A DNA stretch of 64,000 nt from Minisyncoccia bacterium. Lineage in GTDB: Bacteria > Patescibacteriota > Minisyncoccia > Phycocordibacterales > PALSA-1337. The notes below the pieces were generated by a model. The model was not told the DNA's origin, did not search any database, and worked only from the letters and a program-made list of their open reading frames with translations. Made by a program: the position numbers and the translations under genes. The DNA lies in the NCBI GenBank assembly GCA_049997795.1, contig JBEKVT010000002.1, forward strand, positions 65,664 through 129,663, given 5' to 3'. Below, piece by piece: positions 35,582 to 45,405 of the stretch; the first letter of the stretch is position 1; every line of letters begins with the position of its first letter.

Positions 35582-35887
35582 TCAGAACGGGGAAAAATCG
35601 TCGACCGAGATCGGGGGGAGCTTCTTCATCCACCTGCCGAGATTAATCAGCAGAAGGATGACGAAGACAAGGAGCGAGAAGTAAAGCGACGATTCGTATA
35701 GACCCGCGACCACCTTGCTCGGCGCATCCATCAACGGGATGCCGCCGAATCCCACCAGGCCGGAGAAGACGGTGATCATTACGAGCAGGGGAAAATTGAG
35801 AAATCCCCAAAACGACTTGAGTGACGCTGGCATGCTGGAGGTTCGGTTTTGGATTCGGGAATAACCATGGCTTCCTTTCAGAGCCAA
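35582..35887 (-). CDS. Small hypothetical membrane protein encoded antisense within the dnaK-dnaJ spacer
   Basis: 101-aa ORF with two hydrophobic helices (LNFPLLVMITVFSGLVGFGGI; SLLVFVILLLINLG). It fills a 458-nt gap between two normally adjacent genes. Confidence 0.35.
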   Translation of the reverse strand: MALKGSHGYSRIQNRTSSMPASLKSFWGFLNFPLLVMITVFSGLVGFGGIPLMDAPSKVVAGLYESSLYFSLLVFVILLLINLGRWMKKLPPISVDDFSPF

Positions 35888-35959
35888 CCCGTTGTTGATG
35901 TAAGAGGACCAAATTCAATTGGAGATTAAGACAAAACGTGTTACAAGTCAAGCCATTAA

Positions 35960-36874
35960 ATGAAAGACTACTACAAAACCTTGGGCATTGATAAGAGCGC
36001 TTCGAAAGAGGACGTCAAGAAGGCGTTCCGAAGGCTCGCGCACGAATTCCACCCGGACAAGACCAAGAATGACCCGGCGGCTTCGCAGAAATTCAAGGAA
36101 GCCAGCGAGGCGTACGCGATCCTGTCCGATGACCAGAAGCGCAAGCAGTACGACATGTTCGGCCAGGCCGGCCCGGGCTTCAATCCCGGCGCCGGCGGCT
36201 TCCAGGGCGGATTCAATCCGGGCCAAGGCTTCGGCGGCTTCGACTTCTCGGGCTTCGCCCAGAATGGCGGCTTCAATTTCACCCAGAACGGCGTGGAGTT
36301 CGACCTGGGCGACATCTTCGGCGAATTCTTCGGCGGTGGCCGGCGGCCGAGGAGAGGCCGGAACATCACGATCGACGTGGAGCTCCCGTTCAAGGAATCG
36401 ATCTTCGGAACGGAAAAGGAAGTGACGATCAACAACGAGCGCCTTACCGTGACCATCCCGCCGGGGGTGGAGAGCAATCAGGGCCTGCGGGTCAAGGAGA
36501 AGGGCGAGGAAGGCCCGGGCGGCCGGGGCGATCTCATCGTGCGCCTCTGGGTCAAGGAGCATCCCGTCTTCCGCAAGGAAGGTTTTAATCTCATCATGGA
36601 GCTCCAGATCAAGCTCACCGTGGCCCTTTTGGGCGGCACCGTCAATCTGGAGACCCTCGACGGCCCGATCGAGCTCAAGATCCCCGCCGGCACTTCCCAC
36701 GGCGAGATTCTGCGCCTAAAAGGCAAGGGCGTGCCGTACGAAAGCTCCGGCGGCATGTTCAGCGGTCACGGCAAGCGCGGCGACCTCCTCATCGTCACCA
36801 AAGTCGTCATGCCCAAGAAGCTGTCAAAGGAGGCGCAGAGACTGATTGACGAGCTCAAAAAAGAGGGTATTTGA
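35960..36874 (+). CDS. dnaJ: DnaJ-family co-chaperone, type II (J domain, G/F region and C-terminal substrate-binding domains; no CxxCxGxG zinc finger)
   Basis: DYYKTLGIDKSASKEDVKKAFRRLAHEFHPDK (HPD motif) and a G/F-rich region GFNPGAGGFQGGFNPGQGFGGFDFSGF. No cysteine repeats. Confidence 0.8.
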   Translation: MKDYYKTLGIDKSASKEDVKKAFRRLAHEFHPDKTKNDPAASQKFKEASEAYAILSDDQKRKQYDMFGQAGPGFNPGAGGFQGGFNPGQGFGGFDFSGFAQNGGFNFTQNGVEFDLGDIFGEFFGGGRRPRRGRNITIDVELPFKESIFGTEKEVTINNERLTVTIPPGVESNQGLRVKEKGEEGPGGRGDLIVRLWVKEHPVFRKEGFNLIMELQIKLTVALLGGTVNLETLDGPIELKIPAGTSHGEILRLKGKGVPYESSGGMFSGHGKRGDLLIVTKVVMPKKLSKEAQRLIDELKKEGI

Positions 36875-36950
36875 TATAAAAACACCCTCGCCGCCGGAGC
36901 GGGGAGGGTGCAGTGGTTTGCGGGTGTTGGCAGCAGGGCCGTATTATTGG

Positions 36951-37415
36951 CTAGGAACTCGGTGGATTCACATCACTCCTGTATTCATCCGCCGTTTTGA
37001 TGTTGCCGACAAAGTAAACTGATGTTCCTTGCGTCCTCGGATAGAGCAGGTAGGCCTTGTCGCCCTTGTCCAAGAACTTCATCTTGAGACAGACATTGTT
37101 ATCGGGCGAACAAATTGCCAGGACCACCGGCAACTCCATGCGCTTTACGTAAGCTTGATCTACGGGTGTTTCGGCCGCAGGCGTTCTGGAGAGATAACAC
37201 GTCACTTCCCACAATTGAGCTTTCTCGTTCCAGATCGGCTTGCTGGCGATGGTGCACCAGCCAACCTCGTCCGCAGGGATCGTTGATGCCTGAGTCGTTG
37301 CTGGGGCCTGGGCTGTTGAGGGGAGGATAACCTTAAACCAGAAGAAGGTGAAGGCTATAAGCAGGACAAACAATGCAGCAACAAGGAAATCTTTAGTTCC
37401 ATCTTTAATTTTCAT
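36951..37415 (-). CDS. Hypothetical membrane-anchored protein with an extracytoplasmic Cys-containing domain
   Basis: AGGAGA lies 6 nt upstream of the ATG at 37415 (MKIKDGTKDF...). One TM helix. The ORF track extends it to 37442. Confidence 0.5.
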   Translation of the reverse strand: MKIKDGTKDFLVAALFVLLIAFTFFWFKVILPSTAQAPATTQASTIPADEVGWCTIASKPIWNEKAQLWEVTCYLSRTPAAETPVDQAYVKRMELPVVLAICSPDNNVCLKMKFLDKGDKAYLLYPRTQGTSVYFVGNIKTADEYRSDVNPPSS

Positions 37416-37555
37416 AAAGTCTCCTGAAAGCTCAAACCTCATCGCGTGATTGCGATTACAAAGAGCAGTGTTAAGGTTTAGCTAGCTAAATAATACATTG
37501 ATTTAATATTTTGTCAATGGTATAGAAAACCCTGAATTCTTGGTATTATTTACCC

Positions 37556-38506
37556 ATGCCAAAGAAAATCCTTCTTTCCGGCGTCAAACCGACCGGACGC
37601 CCTCATATAGGCAATTACTTCGGGGCCATGAAGCAATTCGTGGATCTTTTGAATAAGGGCGAATACGAGTGCTTCTTCTTCATCGCCGATTATCACGGGC
37701 TCAATTTCATCCAGAATAGGGAGGAGATGCGCCGGCTGTCCATGGACCTGGCCATCGATTATCTCGCTATCGGCATAGACCCAGACAAGGCCGTTCTCTT
37801 CAAGCAAAGCGACGTTTCGGCCCATACCGAGCTCGCTTGGATCTTCGACACCATCGTCACCGTGCCGTATCTCCAGAGGGCTCACGCCTACAAGGACGCC
37901 ATCGCTAGGAAGGAAGAGGCGAGCGTCGGCACCTTCAATTATCCAGTGCTCATGGCCGCCGACATCCTGCTCTACGGCACCGACCTGGTGCCCGTGGGTC
38001 AAGATCAGAAACAGCATGTGGAATACGCCCGCGACATCGCCCAGAAGTTCAACAATGCCTTTGGCGAGACTTTCAAGCTGCCGGATGCGCTCATCCTGGA
38101 GCATGTCGCCGTCGTGCCCGGCACGGACGGCCAGAAGATGTCCAAGAGCTACAATAACGACATTCCGCTTTTTGCTACTCGTGCCGAAATTGAAAAAGCC
38201 GTTATGGGCATCGTCACAGATTCGAGCGGCGACAGGCCGGCTAATGTCTACAATATCCACAAGCTGTTTAGATCCGAGAAAGAGCTGAAGCCGCTTTATG
38301 ATTCGAATAAGGGCAAATACAAGGTCCTTAAAGAAGCTCTGATCGAAGATATAGACGCTTTCGCCAAACCTTTGAGGGAACGCCGGGCGGAATTGGCTAA
38401 AGACAAGAAGAAGGTCCTAGAGATATTGAAGAAGGGCGCCGAGAAGGCTAATGCGGCGGCTTCTGCCAAGCTGCGCGAGGTGAAAGAGAGAATCGGTGTC
38501 ATTTAA
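37556..38506 (+). CDS. trpS: Tryptophanyl-tRNA synthetase
   Basis: SGVKPTGRPHIGNYFGA (HIGH region) and KMSKS. TGGTATTAT lies 6 nt upstream of the ATG (leaderless). Confidence 0.9.
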   Translation: MPKKILLSGVKPTGRPHIGNYFGAMKQFVDLLNKGEYECFFFIADYHGLNFIQNREEMRRLSMDLAIDYLAIGIDPDKAVLFKQSDVSAHTELAWIFDTIVTVPYLQRAHAYKDAIARKEEASVGTFNYPVLMAADILLYGTDLVPVGQDQKQHVEYARDIAQKFNNAFGETFKLPDALILEHVAVVPGTDGQKMSKSYNNDIPLFATRAEIEKAVMGIVTDSSGDRPANVYNIHKLFRSEKELKPLYDSNKGKYKVLKEALIEDIDAFAKPLRERRAELAKDKKKVLEILKKGAEKANAAASAKLREVKERIGVI

Positions 38507-39229
38507 ATGCCTTTCACTGTCAAAACCGAGGCGTTCAGCGGGCCTTTAGACCTTCTGCTCGAACTCATCGAGAACAGGAAGCTCTTCATCAATGACATCG
38601 CCCTGGCCAAGGTCACCGACGACTTCATCGAGCACGTTAAACAGTTCGAGGATCTGCCGATGGGGGAGTCGGCTCATTTTATTTTGATCGCTTCAACGCT
38701 CCTCCTCATCAAGTCTAAATCGCTCCTGCCCGGTTTGAATCTCACCGAGGAAGAACAAGGCGACATCCGCGACCTCGAGATCCGCCTGAAGATATACCAG
38801 CGCATCAAGGCCGCCGGGAAGCACGTTCAGGCGCTCTGGGACGGCGACATGATATTCCCGCAATCCGACAGGCGGGTCATAAACCCCGTATTCGTGCCGG
38901 ATCCTGAATTCACGCTGAATAAGGCGCTCGATTCGTTGAAAGACCTCATCAGCCGCCTACCCAAGAAAGAGACTTTGCCGAAGGCTGTGGTGGAGAAAGT
39001 CATCAGCTTGGAGGACATGATAACCGACCTGACCAAGCGCATCACCGGACAACTCAAGATGAGCTTCAGCCAGTTCACCGCCGACCACAAGGAGAACCGC
39101 CTGAACGTCATCGTGAGCTTCCTGGCCATGCTCGAACTCGTGAAGCAAGGAGTCCTCCAGGTCTCCCAGAAGCGCGAATATGCCGACATCGAGATGGAGA
39201 CTAAGGAAGTCGGCCTGCCGAAGTACTGA
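38507..39229 (+). CDS. scpA: Segregation and condensation protein A
   Basis: FSGPLDLLLELIENRKLFINDIALAKVTDDF matches the ScpA N-terminus. Confidence 0.85.
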   Translation: MPFTVKTEAFSGPLDLLLELIENRKLFINDIALAKVTDDFIEHVKQFEDLPMGESAHFILIASTLLLIKSKSLLPGLNLTEEEQGDIRDLEIRLKIYQRIKAAGKHVQALWDGDMIFPQSDRRVINPVFVPDPEFTLNKALDSLKDLISRLPKKETLPKAVVEKVISLEDMITDLTKRITGQLKMSFSQFTADHKENRLNVIVSFLAMLELVKQGVLQVSQKREYADIEMETKEVGLPKY

Positions 39230-39248
39230 TTCTGCTATAATCAACATC

Positions 39249-39821
39249 ATGGATTTGCCGCAAAAGATCGAAGCCGTGCTGTTCTGGAAAGCCGAACCGG
39301 TGGCCGTGAAGAAGCTCGCTTCGCTCCTCGATACGGACGTGAAGTCGGTGAGAGACAGTCTAGCCGAATTGGAGAAATCCTTGCAGGGCAGGGGATTGAC
39401 ATTGGTCCAGACCGACGACGATGTCATGCTCGGCACGGCCAAGGAGCTTTCGCCTTTGATAGAGAAGCTTACGAAAGACGAGCTCAGCAGAGACCTGGGA
39501 CGGGCAGGCCTGGAAACGCTCTCCATTGTCCTTTACCAGGGCCCTATCTCGCGCTCAAACATCGATTACATCCGCGGCGTCAATTCGCAGTTCATCCTGC
39601 GGTCGCTCATGATCCGCGGCTTGATCGAGAGGATAGACAATCCGGATGACGCCAGGAGCTATCTTTACAAGCCGACTTTGGACCTCCTGTCCCATCTCGG
39701 CATCTCCAAGATAGCCGACCTGCCGGAATACGGAGAGGTGAAGAAGGACATAGAATCGTTCAAACAGAGCGCCGCCCCCGCTTCGGCCGAGGCCAGAGAC
39801 AGTGCTACAATAGGGGAGTGA
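39249..39821 (+). CDS. scpB: Segregation and condensation protein B
   Basis: IEAVLFWKAEPVAVKKLASLL... winged-helix tandem. TGCTATAAT lies 7 nt upstream of the ATG at 39249; the ORF track begins at 39180 inside scpA. Confidence 0.8.
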   Translation: MDLPQKIEAVLFWKAEPVAVKKLASLLDTDVKSVRDSLAELEKSLQGRGLTLVQTDDDVMLGTAKELSPLIEKLTKDELSRDLGRAGLETLSIVLYQGPISRSNIDYIRGVNSQFILRSLMIRGLIERIDNPDDARSYLYKPTLDLLSHLGISKIADLPEYGEVKKDIESFKQSAAPASAEARDSATIGE

Positions 39822-40921
39822 TGTCTTCCGGCGCTCGTATCGATCGTTTCTTCTTGTATTCGACCGCTCTCCTCACGACGGCCGGTTTTTTCATCTTCCT
39901 GTCCGCCTCGCTCGGTCTCCTCGCCCAGAACGGCGCCAGCTTCGGGACCGTGGCCGCGAAACAAGCTGTGAGCCTTCTCATGGGCGCCGGGGCATTCTAT
40001 CTGTTCTCCAGGATAGATCATGCCTATCTGAGGAAGCTCGCCCTGCCGATCCTCTTCGGCGCCGTCTGCCTCAACCTGCTCATCTTCGTCCCCTGGCTCG
40101 CCATCCACTACAACGGCGCTTCCAGGTGGATTAACATCGGCCAGGTATCCGTCCAGCCATCGGAGTTCCTTAAGCTCGGCTTCATCATATACCTTTCGGC
40201 CTGGATATATTTCGCCAAGGACCGCGTCAAGCGCATGAAGTACGGCCTCGTCCCGTACGTCGCCATCATGGCCATCTTAGGCATCCTGCTCCTCGTCCAG
40301 TCCGACACCGATACCCTGGTCATCATCGGCGCAACGGGCATCATCATGCTCTGGGTCGCCGGCATGCCCATCCGGCACGTCTTCCTGGCCTTCCTTCTCA
40401 TGGCGGCGGTCGTCGCCGGCGTGGTCTTCATGCGCCCGTACGCCTGGGAGCGCGTCAAGGTTTTCCTTGATCCGGGAGCGAGCTCCCAGAGCTCGAGCTA
40501 TCAGATCAACCAGGCCAAGATCGCCATCGGCTCCGGCGGCCTCCTCGGCCGGGGCTTCGGCAAGAGCATCCAGAAATTCGGCTATCTGCCGCAGCCGACC
40601 GATGACTCGATATTCGCCGTGGCGGCCGAAGAGTTCGGCTTCGCCGGCATCATGGTCCTTCTCGCCTTATACTGCTCGTTCGCCGCGAGCGCCCTCCGAG
40701 TCGGCACCCGGGCGCCGGACGCTTTCGGCGGCTTCCTGTCGATAGGCATCGCCGTCCTCGTCATCATCGAATCGTTCCTGAACATGGCAGCCATGCTCGG
40801 CCTGGTGCCTCTCTCCGGCGTGCCGCTCCTCTTCGTCTCGCACGGCGGCACGGCTCTCATCATCACTCTCATGGCGGCCGGCATGGTGGCGAACATCTCC
40901 AGGCATCCCCGCGGCTCGTGA
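39818..40921 (+). CDS. ftsW: SEDS-family peptidoglycan glycosyltransferase (FtsW/RodA)
   Basis: Ten predicted TM helices. Conserved QPSEFLK and PLLFVSHGGTAL motifs. It lies next to murG. Confidence 0.85.
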   Translation: MMSSGARIDRFFLYSTALLTTAGFFIFLSASLGLLAQNGASFGTVAAKQAVSLLMGAGAFYLFSRIDHAYLRKLALPILFGAVCLNLLIFVPWLAIHYNGASRWINIGQVSVQPSEFLKLGFIIYLSAWIYFAKDRVKRMKYGLVPYVAIMAILGILLLVQSDTDTLVIIGATGIIMLWVAGMPIRHVFLAFLLMAAVVAGVVFMRPYAWERVKVFLDPGASSQSSSYQINQAKIAIGSGGLLGRGFGKSIQKFGYLPQPTDDSIFAVAAEEFGFAGIMVLLALYCSFAASALRVGTRAPDAFGGFLSIGIAVLVIIESFLNMAAMLGLVPLSGVPLLFVSHGGTALIITLMAAGMVANISRHPRGS

Positions 40922-40940
40922 TTATGATAAGATTAGATCT

Positions 40941-42077
40941 ATGAAGATAGCGTTCACGGGAGGGGGGACCGGCGGCCATTTCTACCCGATAATCGCCGTA
41001 GTCGAGGCTCTCCGGGAGCGGGTCAAAGAGCGCAAGCTCATCGCGCCGGAGCTGTATTACCTAGCCCCGACGCCCTATAACCCCGGCATATTGTTCGACA
41101 ATGAGATAAGATTCGTGTCCATGCCGGCCGGCAAGGTCCGGCGGTATTTCTCGCTGCTCAACCTGACCGACATCCTGAAGACCGTCTCCGGCTGCTTCAT
41201 GGCCATTTTCAAGCTCTATTCCATATATCCGGACGTCGTCTTCTCGAAGGGCGGCTATGGGAGCTTCCCGGCCCTATTCGCCGCCCGCCTGCTCCGGATC
41301 CCGGTCATCATCCATGAATCCGATTCCAAGCCCGGCAGAGTGAACAGGTGGTCGGCTAACTTCGCCCGCAATATCGCCTTGTCATATCCGGCGGCGGCTC
41401 CGTTCTTCGGCGCCCGGAACCAGGCCAAGATCGCCTATACGGGCAACCCCATCCGCCACGACATCGAGAAGCCCTTGAAGAGCGGCGCCCATGAATTCCT
41501 GAAGCTCGAGCAGGGGACGCCCATGGTCCTCATCCTCGGCGGCTCGCAGGGCGCGGCTTCCATAAACGAGGTCCTTATGGAGGCCCTGCCGGATCTCTTG
41601 AACCGCTACCAGATCGTCCATCAGACCGGCCAAGCCAACTTCGATGAGATCAAGGGGACGTCGGCGGTCATCTTGAAGGATCATCCTTACGCTTACCGCT
41701 ACCATCCTTTCGGCTATCTGAACGAGCTTTCCATGCGCATGGCTTCCGGCGTGGCCGACATCGTCGTCTCGCGCGCCGGTTCCACCATATTCGAGATCGC
41801 CGCCTGGGGCCTGCCGTCCATCATCATCCCTCTGCCGCCGTCGGTCTCGCACGACCAGACGGGGAATGCCTATGCCTACGCCGGGACCGGGGCCGCCTCG
41901 GTCATCGAAGAGAACAATCTCCACGCCCACATCCTCTCGGAAGAGATAGATCGGATCTATTCGTCCCCGGCCATAAGACAGACCATGAAGGAACGGGCCG
42001 CGGCTTTCGCCCGCCTGGACAGCGCCCGGGTGATCGCCGATGCCATCTTGAACATTGCTCTGGAGCACGAAAAGTAG
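40941..42077 (+). CDS. murG: UDP-N-acetylglucosamine--N-acetylmuramyl-(pentapeptide) pyrophosphoryl-undecaprenol N-acetylglucosamine transferase
   Basis: FTGGGTGGHFYPIIAV and a GT-B fold with LGGSQGA. Confidence 0.9.
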   Translation: MKIAFTGGGTGGHFYPIIAVVEALRERVKERKLIAPELYYLAPTPYNPGILFDNEIRFVSMPAGKVRRYFSLLNLTDILKTVSGCFMAIFKLYSIYPDVVFSKGGYGSFPALFAARLLRIPVIIHESDSKPGRVNRWSANFARNIALSYPAAAPFFGARNQAKIAYTGNPIRHDIEKPLKSGAHEFLKLEQGTPMVLILGGSQGAASINEVLMEALPDLLNRYQIVHQTGQANFDEIKGTSAVILKDHPYAYRYHPFGYLNELSMRMASGVADIVVSRAGSTIFEIAAWGLPSIIIPLPPSVSHDQTGNAYAYAGTGAASVIEENNLHAHILSEEIDRIYSSPAIRQTMKERAAAFARLDSARVIADAILNIALEHEK

Positions 42078-42151
42078 TATGATAGGCCCTTAAATAAGGT
42101 CGTAGATTTAGCAGCCCCTAACGTCTATTACAAGGTCTAACCGACAAAATC

Positions 42152-42664
42152 ATGGAACCAGAAACAGCAAGCGGCATCAGGACTTGGCAGTGGGTCGTCA
42201 CGGTCATTGTCGTCATCGTCCTCATTGTGATCGGTGTCATGGTCTTCGGCAATAAGGGAGCTCAGGCGCCGACCGTCGCGCCCGCGGAAACGGCCAACAA
42301 CAGCCAGACCGGCGCTCCGAGCGCGTCCGGCATCGTCATGTCCGATCAGTATCCGGGGAACGTCGTCTATCTTTCGTCAGTCCAGATGTCGGCCCCGGGC
42401 TGGGTCGTCATACACAAGGACAACGCCGGGCAGCCCGGCGACGCGATCGGCGAGACATATTTCAACGCCGGCATCAATCCCGGCAAGGTCACCCTGACCG
42501 AGCCCATGATCGACGGCGGCACGTATTACGCCGTGCTCAACTCAGATGACGGCAACAAGAAGTTCGACGCGACCACGGACTTGCCGATGAAGGACGGCAA
42601 CGGGAACGTGATCATGCATGTCTTTCACGCCTCGTCTTCCGCCGGCGCCAACCTGAAAGGCTAA
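42152..42664 (+). CDS. Hypothetical membrane-anchored extracytoplasmic protein (170 aa)
   Basis: N-terminal TM helix WQWVVTVIVVIVLIVIGVMVF. The exported domain is rich in G/N/D. It is followed by a textbook terminator. Confidence 0.5.
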   Translation: MEPETASGIRTWQWVVTVIVVIVLIVIGVMVFGNKGAQAPTVAPAETANNSQTGAPSASGIVMSDQYPGNVVYLSSVQMSAPGWVVIHKDNAGQPGDAIGETYFNAGINPGKVTLTEPMIDGGTYYAVLNSDDGNKKFDATTDLPMKDGNGNVIMHVFHASSSAGANLKG

Positions 42665-42691
42665 AGATTATCTCTTCCAGTCGTGAATAAA

Positions 42692-42724
42692 AGACCGGCT
42701 CTCCCGAGCCGGTCTTTTATTTCC
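42692..42724 (+). terminator. Rho-independent terminator
   Basis: AGACCGGCTC tccc GAGCCGGTCT followed by TTTTATTT. Confidence 0.8.
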
Positions 42725-42776
42725 TCTCCGAGCCAGACATTCCTGACAAATCCGCGGAATGCGCTATAATGCCTTC

Positions 42777-44111
42777 ATGAACGGGAAAGTCGTCACCCGC
42801 TTCGCCCCTTCGCCGACCGGCTATTTGCACGCCGGCAGCTATCGCACGGCTCTTTACTCCTCGATCTTCGCCAGGCAGAACGGCGGCAAATTCATCCTGC
42901 GCATCGAAGACACCGACAGGGAGCGCTCCAAGAAAGAATACGAAGACGACATCATAGACAGCTTGAGGTGGCTCGGCTTGAAGTACGACGGGCTCTTCCG
43001 CCAGTCGGAGCGCCAAGGCATATATAAGAAACATCTGGAGAGCCTGCTCGCTTCCGGCTTGGCTTACGTCTCGAAAGAGACGCCAAAAGAGCCAGGTGAC
43101 AGGGAAGAGGTCATCCGTTTCAAGAATCCGAACAGGCGGGTCGCTTTCGAAGACTTAATCCGCGGCCGCATAGAGTTCGACACCGCCGAGCTGGGAGATT
43201 TCGTCGTAGCGAAGAGCATGGACGAGCCGACCTTCCATCTGGCGAACGTCATCGACGACTACGAGATGGGCGTCTCCCACGTCATCCGCGGCGAAGACCA
43301 CATCTCGAACACTCCGAGGCACATCCTCATATACGAAGCCCTGAAAGCGCCGGTCCCGAGGTTCGCTCACATCCCGCTTCTCCTCGCGGCCGATCGGTCC
43401 AAGCTGTCCAAGAGGAACGGCGCCGTGCCGGTCTCCGAGTACAGGGCCCGCGGCTTCCTGCCCGAGGCCGTGGTGAATTATCTCTCTCTCCTCGGCTGGC
43501 ATCCGGAAGACGACAGGGAGATCCTGTCGTGGGGCGAGATCGTCAAGGAATTCTCCTTGGAGCGCGTCCAAAAAGCCGGCGCCGTCTTCGACGAAGACAA
43601 GCTCAGATGGTTCAACCGGCAATACTCGATGAAACTATCCGATGCCGATTTCGTCGCGCATGCCGCGGCATTCCTGCCAAAATGGCTCCAGGTGAAAAGC
43701 CCGGTCTTCAAGCGCTTGTTGCCGCTCGTAAGGAACAAGGTCTCGACGTTCGGGGATATCGCCGGCTTGTTCGGTCCAGAAGGGGAGCTTGGCTTCGTCC
43801 GGGCTCTGCCCGACTATCCGGCCGAGCTCATCCTCTGGAAGAAGGAACCGGATCGCAAGGCGGCGCTCGGACACCTCAAGGAATGCCGCGACCTCATGGG
43901 AAGATCACCAGACGGGGGATGGACAGCCGAGGCCCTGAAGCAGGCCGTCTGGCCTTACGCCGAGAAAGAAGGCAGGGGGAACGTCCTCTGGCCCCTGCGT
44001 GTCGCCTTGACTGGCCAAGAGAGATCCCCGGACCCGTTCGCCTCGGCCGCCCTCCTCGGCAGGGAAGAGTCTTTGCGCCGCATAGACGCGGCGATAAAGG
44101 GATGCGCCTGA
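42777..44111 (+). CDS. gltX: Glutamyl-tRNA synthetase
   Basis: RFAPSPTGYLHAGSYRTALYS (HIGH region) and KLSKR. The ATG at 42777 lies 6 nt after GCGCTATAAT; the ORF track starts at 42759. Confidence 0.9.
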   Translation: MNGKVVTRFAPSPTGYLHAGSYRTALYSSIFARQNGGKFILRIEDTDRERSKKEYEDDIIDSLRWLGLKYDGLFRQSERQGIYKKHLESLLASGLAYVSKETPKEPGDREEVIRFKNPNRRVAFEDLIRGRIEFDTAELGDFVVAKSMDEPTFHLANVIDDYEMGVSHVIRGEDHISNTPRHILIYEALKAPVPRFAHIPLLLAADRSKLSKRNGAVPVSEYRARGFLPEAVVNYLSLLGWHPEDDREILSWGEIVKEFSLERVQKAGAVFDEDKLRWFNRQYSMKLSDADFVAHAAAFLPKWLQVKSPVFKRLLPLVRNKVSTFGDIAGLFGPEGELGFVRALPDYPAELILWKKEPDRKAALGHLKECRDLMGRSPDGGWTAEALKQAVWPYAEKEGRGNVLWPLRVALTGQERSPDPFASAALLGREESLRRIDAAIKGCA

Positions 44112-45391
44112 GATATGCCCTAGTGCCGCTCGTAATGGCCGCAACGACATTCGCGCCCGGCCTTGCGCGTGGAGAGCAGGGCTTCATGGATCTGGAGACG
44201 AAGATCGATCAGCGCGCCGCCGACATCCAGGCCCTGGAAAAGGAGATCACGGGGTACCAAGACCAGATCGACGCTCTCGACAACCAGAAATCGTCGCTCT
44301 CCGCCGCTCTCCAATCGCTCGATCTGACCCAGAAGAAATTGCAGGCCAATATCAAAGTGACGCAGGACAAGATCGACTCCACCGCCCTGCAAATAGAACA
44401 ATTGGCCTCGAAGATAGACACGACCGGGAATACGATAGCCGACGACGCTCGTTATGTGGCCGGGTCTTTCAGGGACATGGGCGAGCTTTCCAGCCGATCG
44501 CCTTTAGAGATATTCCTGGAGAGCCAATCCTTATCGGGCGCCTGGAATGCCGTGGCCGAGCTCTCCGCCCTAGAGAGCGGCTTGAACGACCGCATCGCCG
44601 GACTCTCGAAAGCCAAAGCGGACCTGGAAACCAACAAACGGGCCACCGAAAGGGCCAAGGCCGATCTGGTGACGCTTCAGGATCAGCTCAAAGACCAGCG
44701 CCGGGTCGTCCTTTCCACCCAGACGGAGAAGAGCCAGCTCCTGTCGCAAACCAAAGACTCCGAGGCGTCATATCAGACCCTTCTTGCCCAGAAAAAGGCC
44801 ATGAAGGACGCCTTCGAGCGGGAGATGCTCGCGTACGAATCAGAGCTCCGGCTCGTCGTAGACCGCTCAAAACTGCCGCCGTCCGGTTCGGCTCCTTTGT
44901 CATGGCCCTTGGACAGCGTCTTCATCACCCAATATTTCGGCAACACTCCCTTCGCCACGGCCAATCCGCAGATCTACAACGGCTTCGGCCACGATGGCAT
45001 AGACCTGCGGGCCTCGATCGGCACGCCGGTTCGAGCGGCTCTTTCCGGCACGGTCTCCGGGGCAGGGAACACGGACCTCGTCCCCGGCTGCTATTCCTTC
45101 GGCAAATGGATCATGGTCGAGCATCCGGACGGCCTGTCCACCCTGTACGCCCATCTTTCCTTGCAGACGGCCTCGGTCGGACAGGATGTGTATACGGGAG
45201 AGACGATAGGCTATAGCGGCAATACCGGCTACACCACCGGACCACATCTTCACCTCGGCGTCTATGCCACGGACGGCGTGGAGATAAAGCAGTTCACGGG
45301 GAGCAAGAATTGCCAGGGAGCGATCGTCCCGCTCGCCGTCCTGTCGGCTTATCTCAATCCACTTTCGTATTTGCCACCGGCGCCAAATTGA
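44102..45391 (+). CDS. M23-family metallopeptidase with an N-terminal signal peptide and a long coiled-coil (EnvC/NlpD-like)
   Basis: It starts at MRLRYALVPLVMAATTFAPGLA and overlaps the gltX stop by 10 nt. The C-terminus carries HDGIDL...YAHLS...GNTGYTTGPHLHLGV (the LytM HxxxD/HxH motifs). The ORF track's 43529 start is an in-frame artefact through gltX. Confidence 0.8.
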   Translation: MRLRYALVPLVMAATTFAPGLARGEQGFMDLETKIDQRAADIQALEKEITGYQDQIDALDNQKSSLSAALQSLDLTQKKLQANIKVTQDKIDSTALQIEQLASKIDTTGNTIADDARYVAGSFRDMGELSSRSPLEIFLESQSLSGAWNAVAELSALESGLNDRIAGLSKAKADLETNKRATERAKADLVTLQDQLKDQRRVVLSTQTEKSQLLSQTKDSEASYQTLLAQKKAMKDAFEREMLAYESELRLVVDRSKLPPSGSAPLSWPLDSVFITQYFGNTPFATANPQIYNGFGHDGIDLRASIGTPVRAALSGTVSGAGNTDLVPGCYSFGKWIMVEHPDGLSTLYAHLSLQTASVGQDVYTGETIGYSGNTGYTTGPHLHLGVYATDGVEIKQFTGSKNCQGAIVPLAVLSAYLNPLSYLPPAPN

Positions 45392-45405
45392 GGTATGATG
45401 TCGCC

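Noticed and set aside
43529-44101. N-terminal 190-aa extension of the M23 peptidase ORF
   Set aside because: It runs through gltX in another frame and gives an Arg/Gly-rich artefact. The real start is the ATG at 44102, which precedes a signal peptide.
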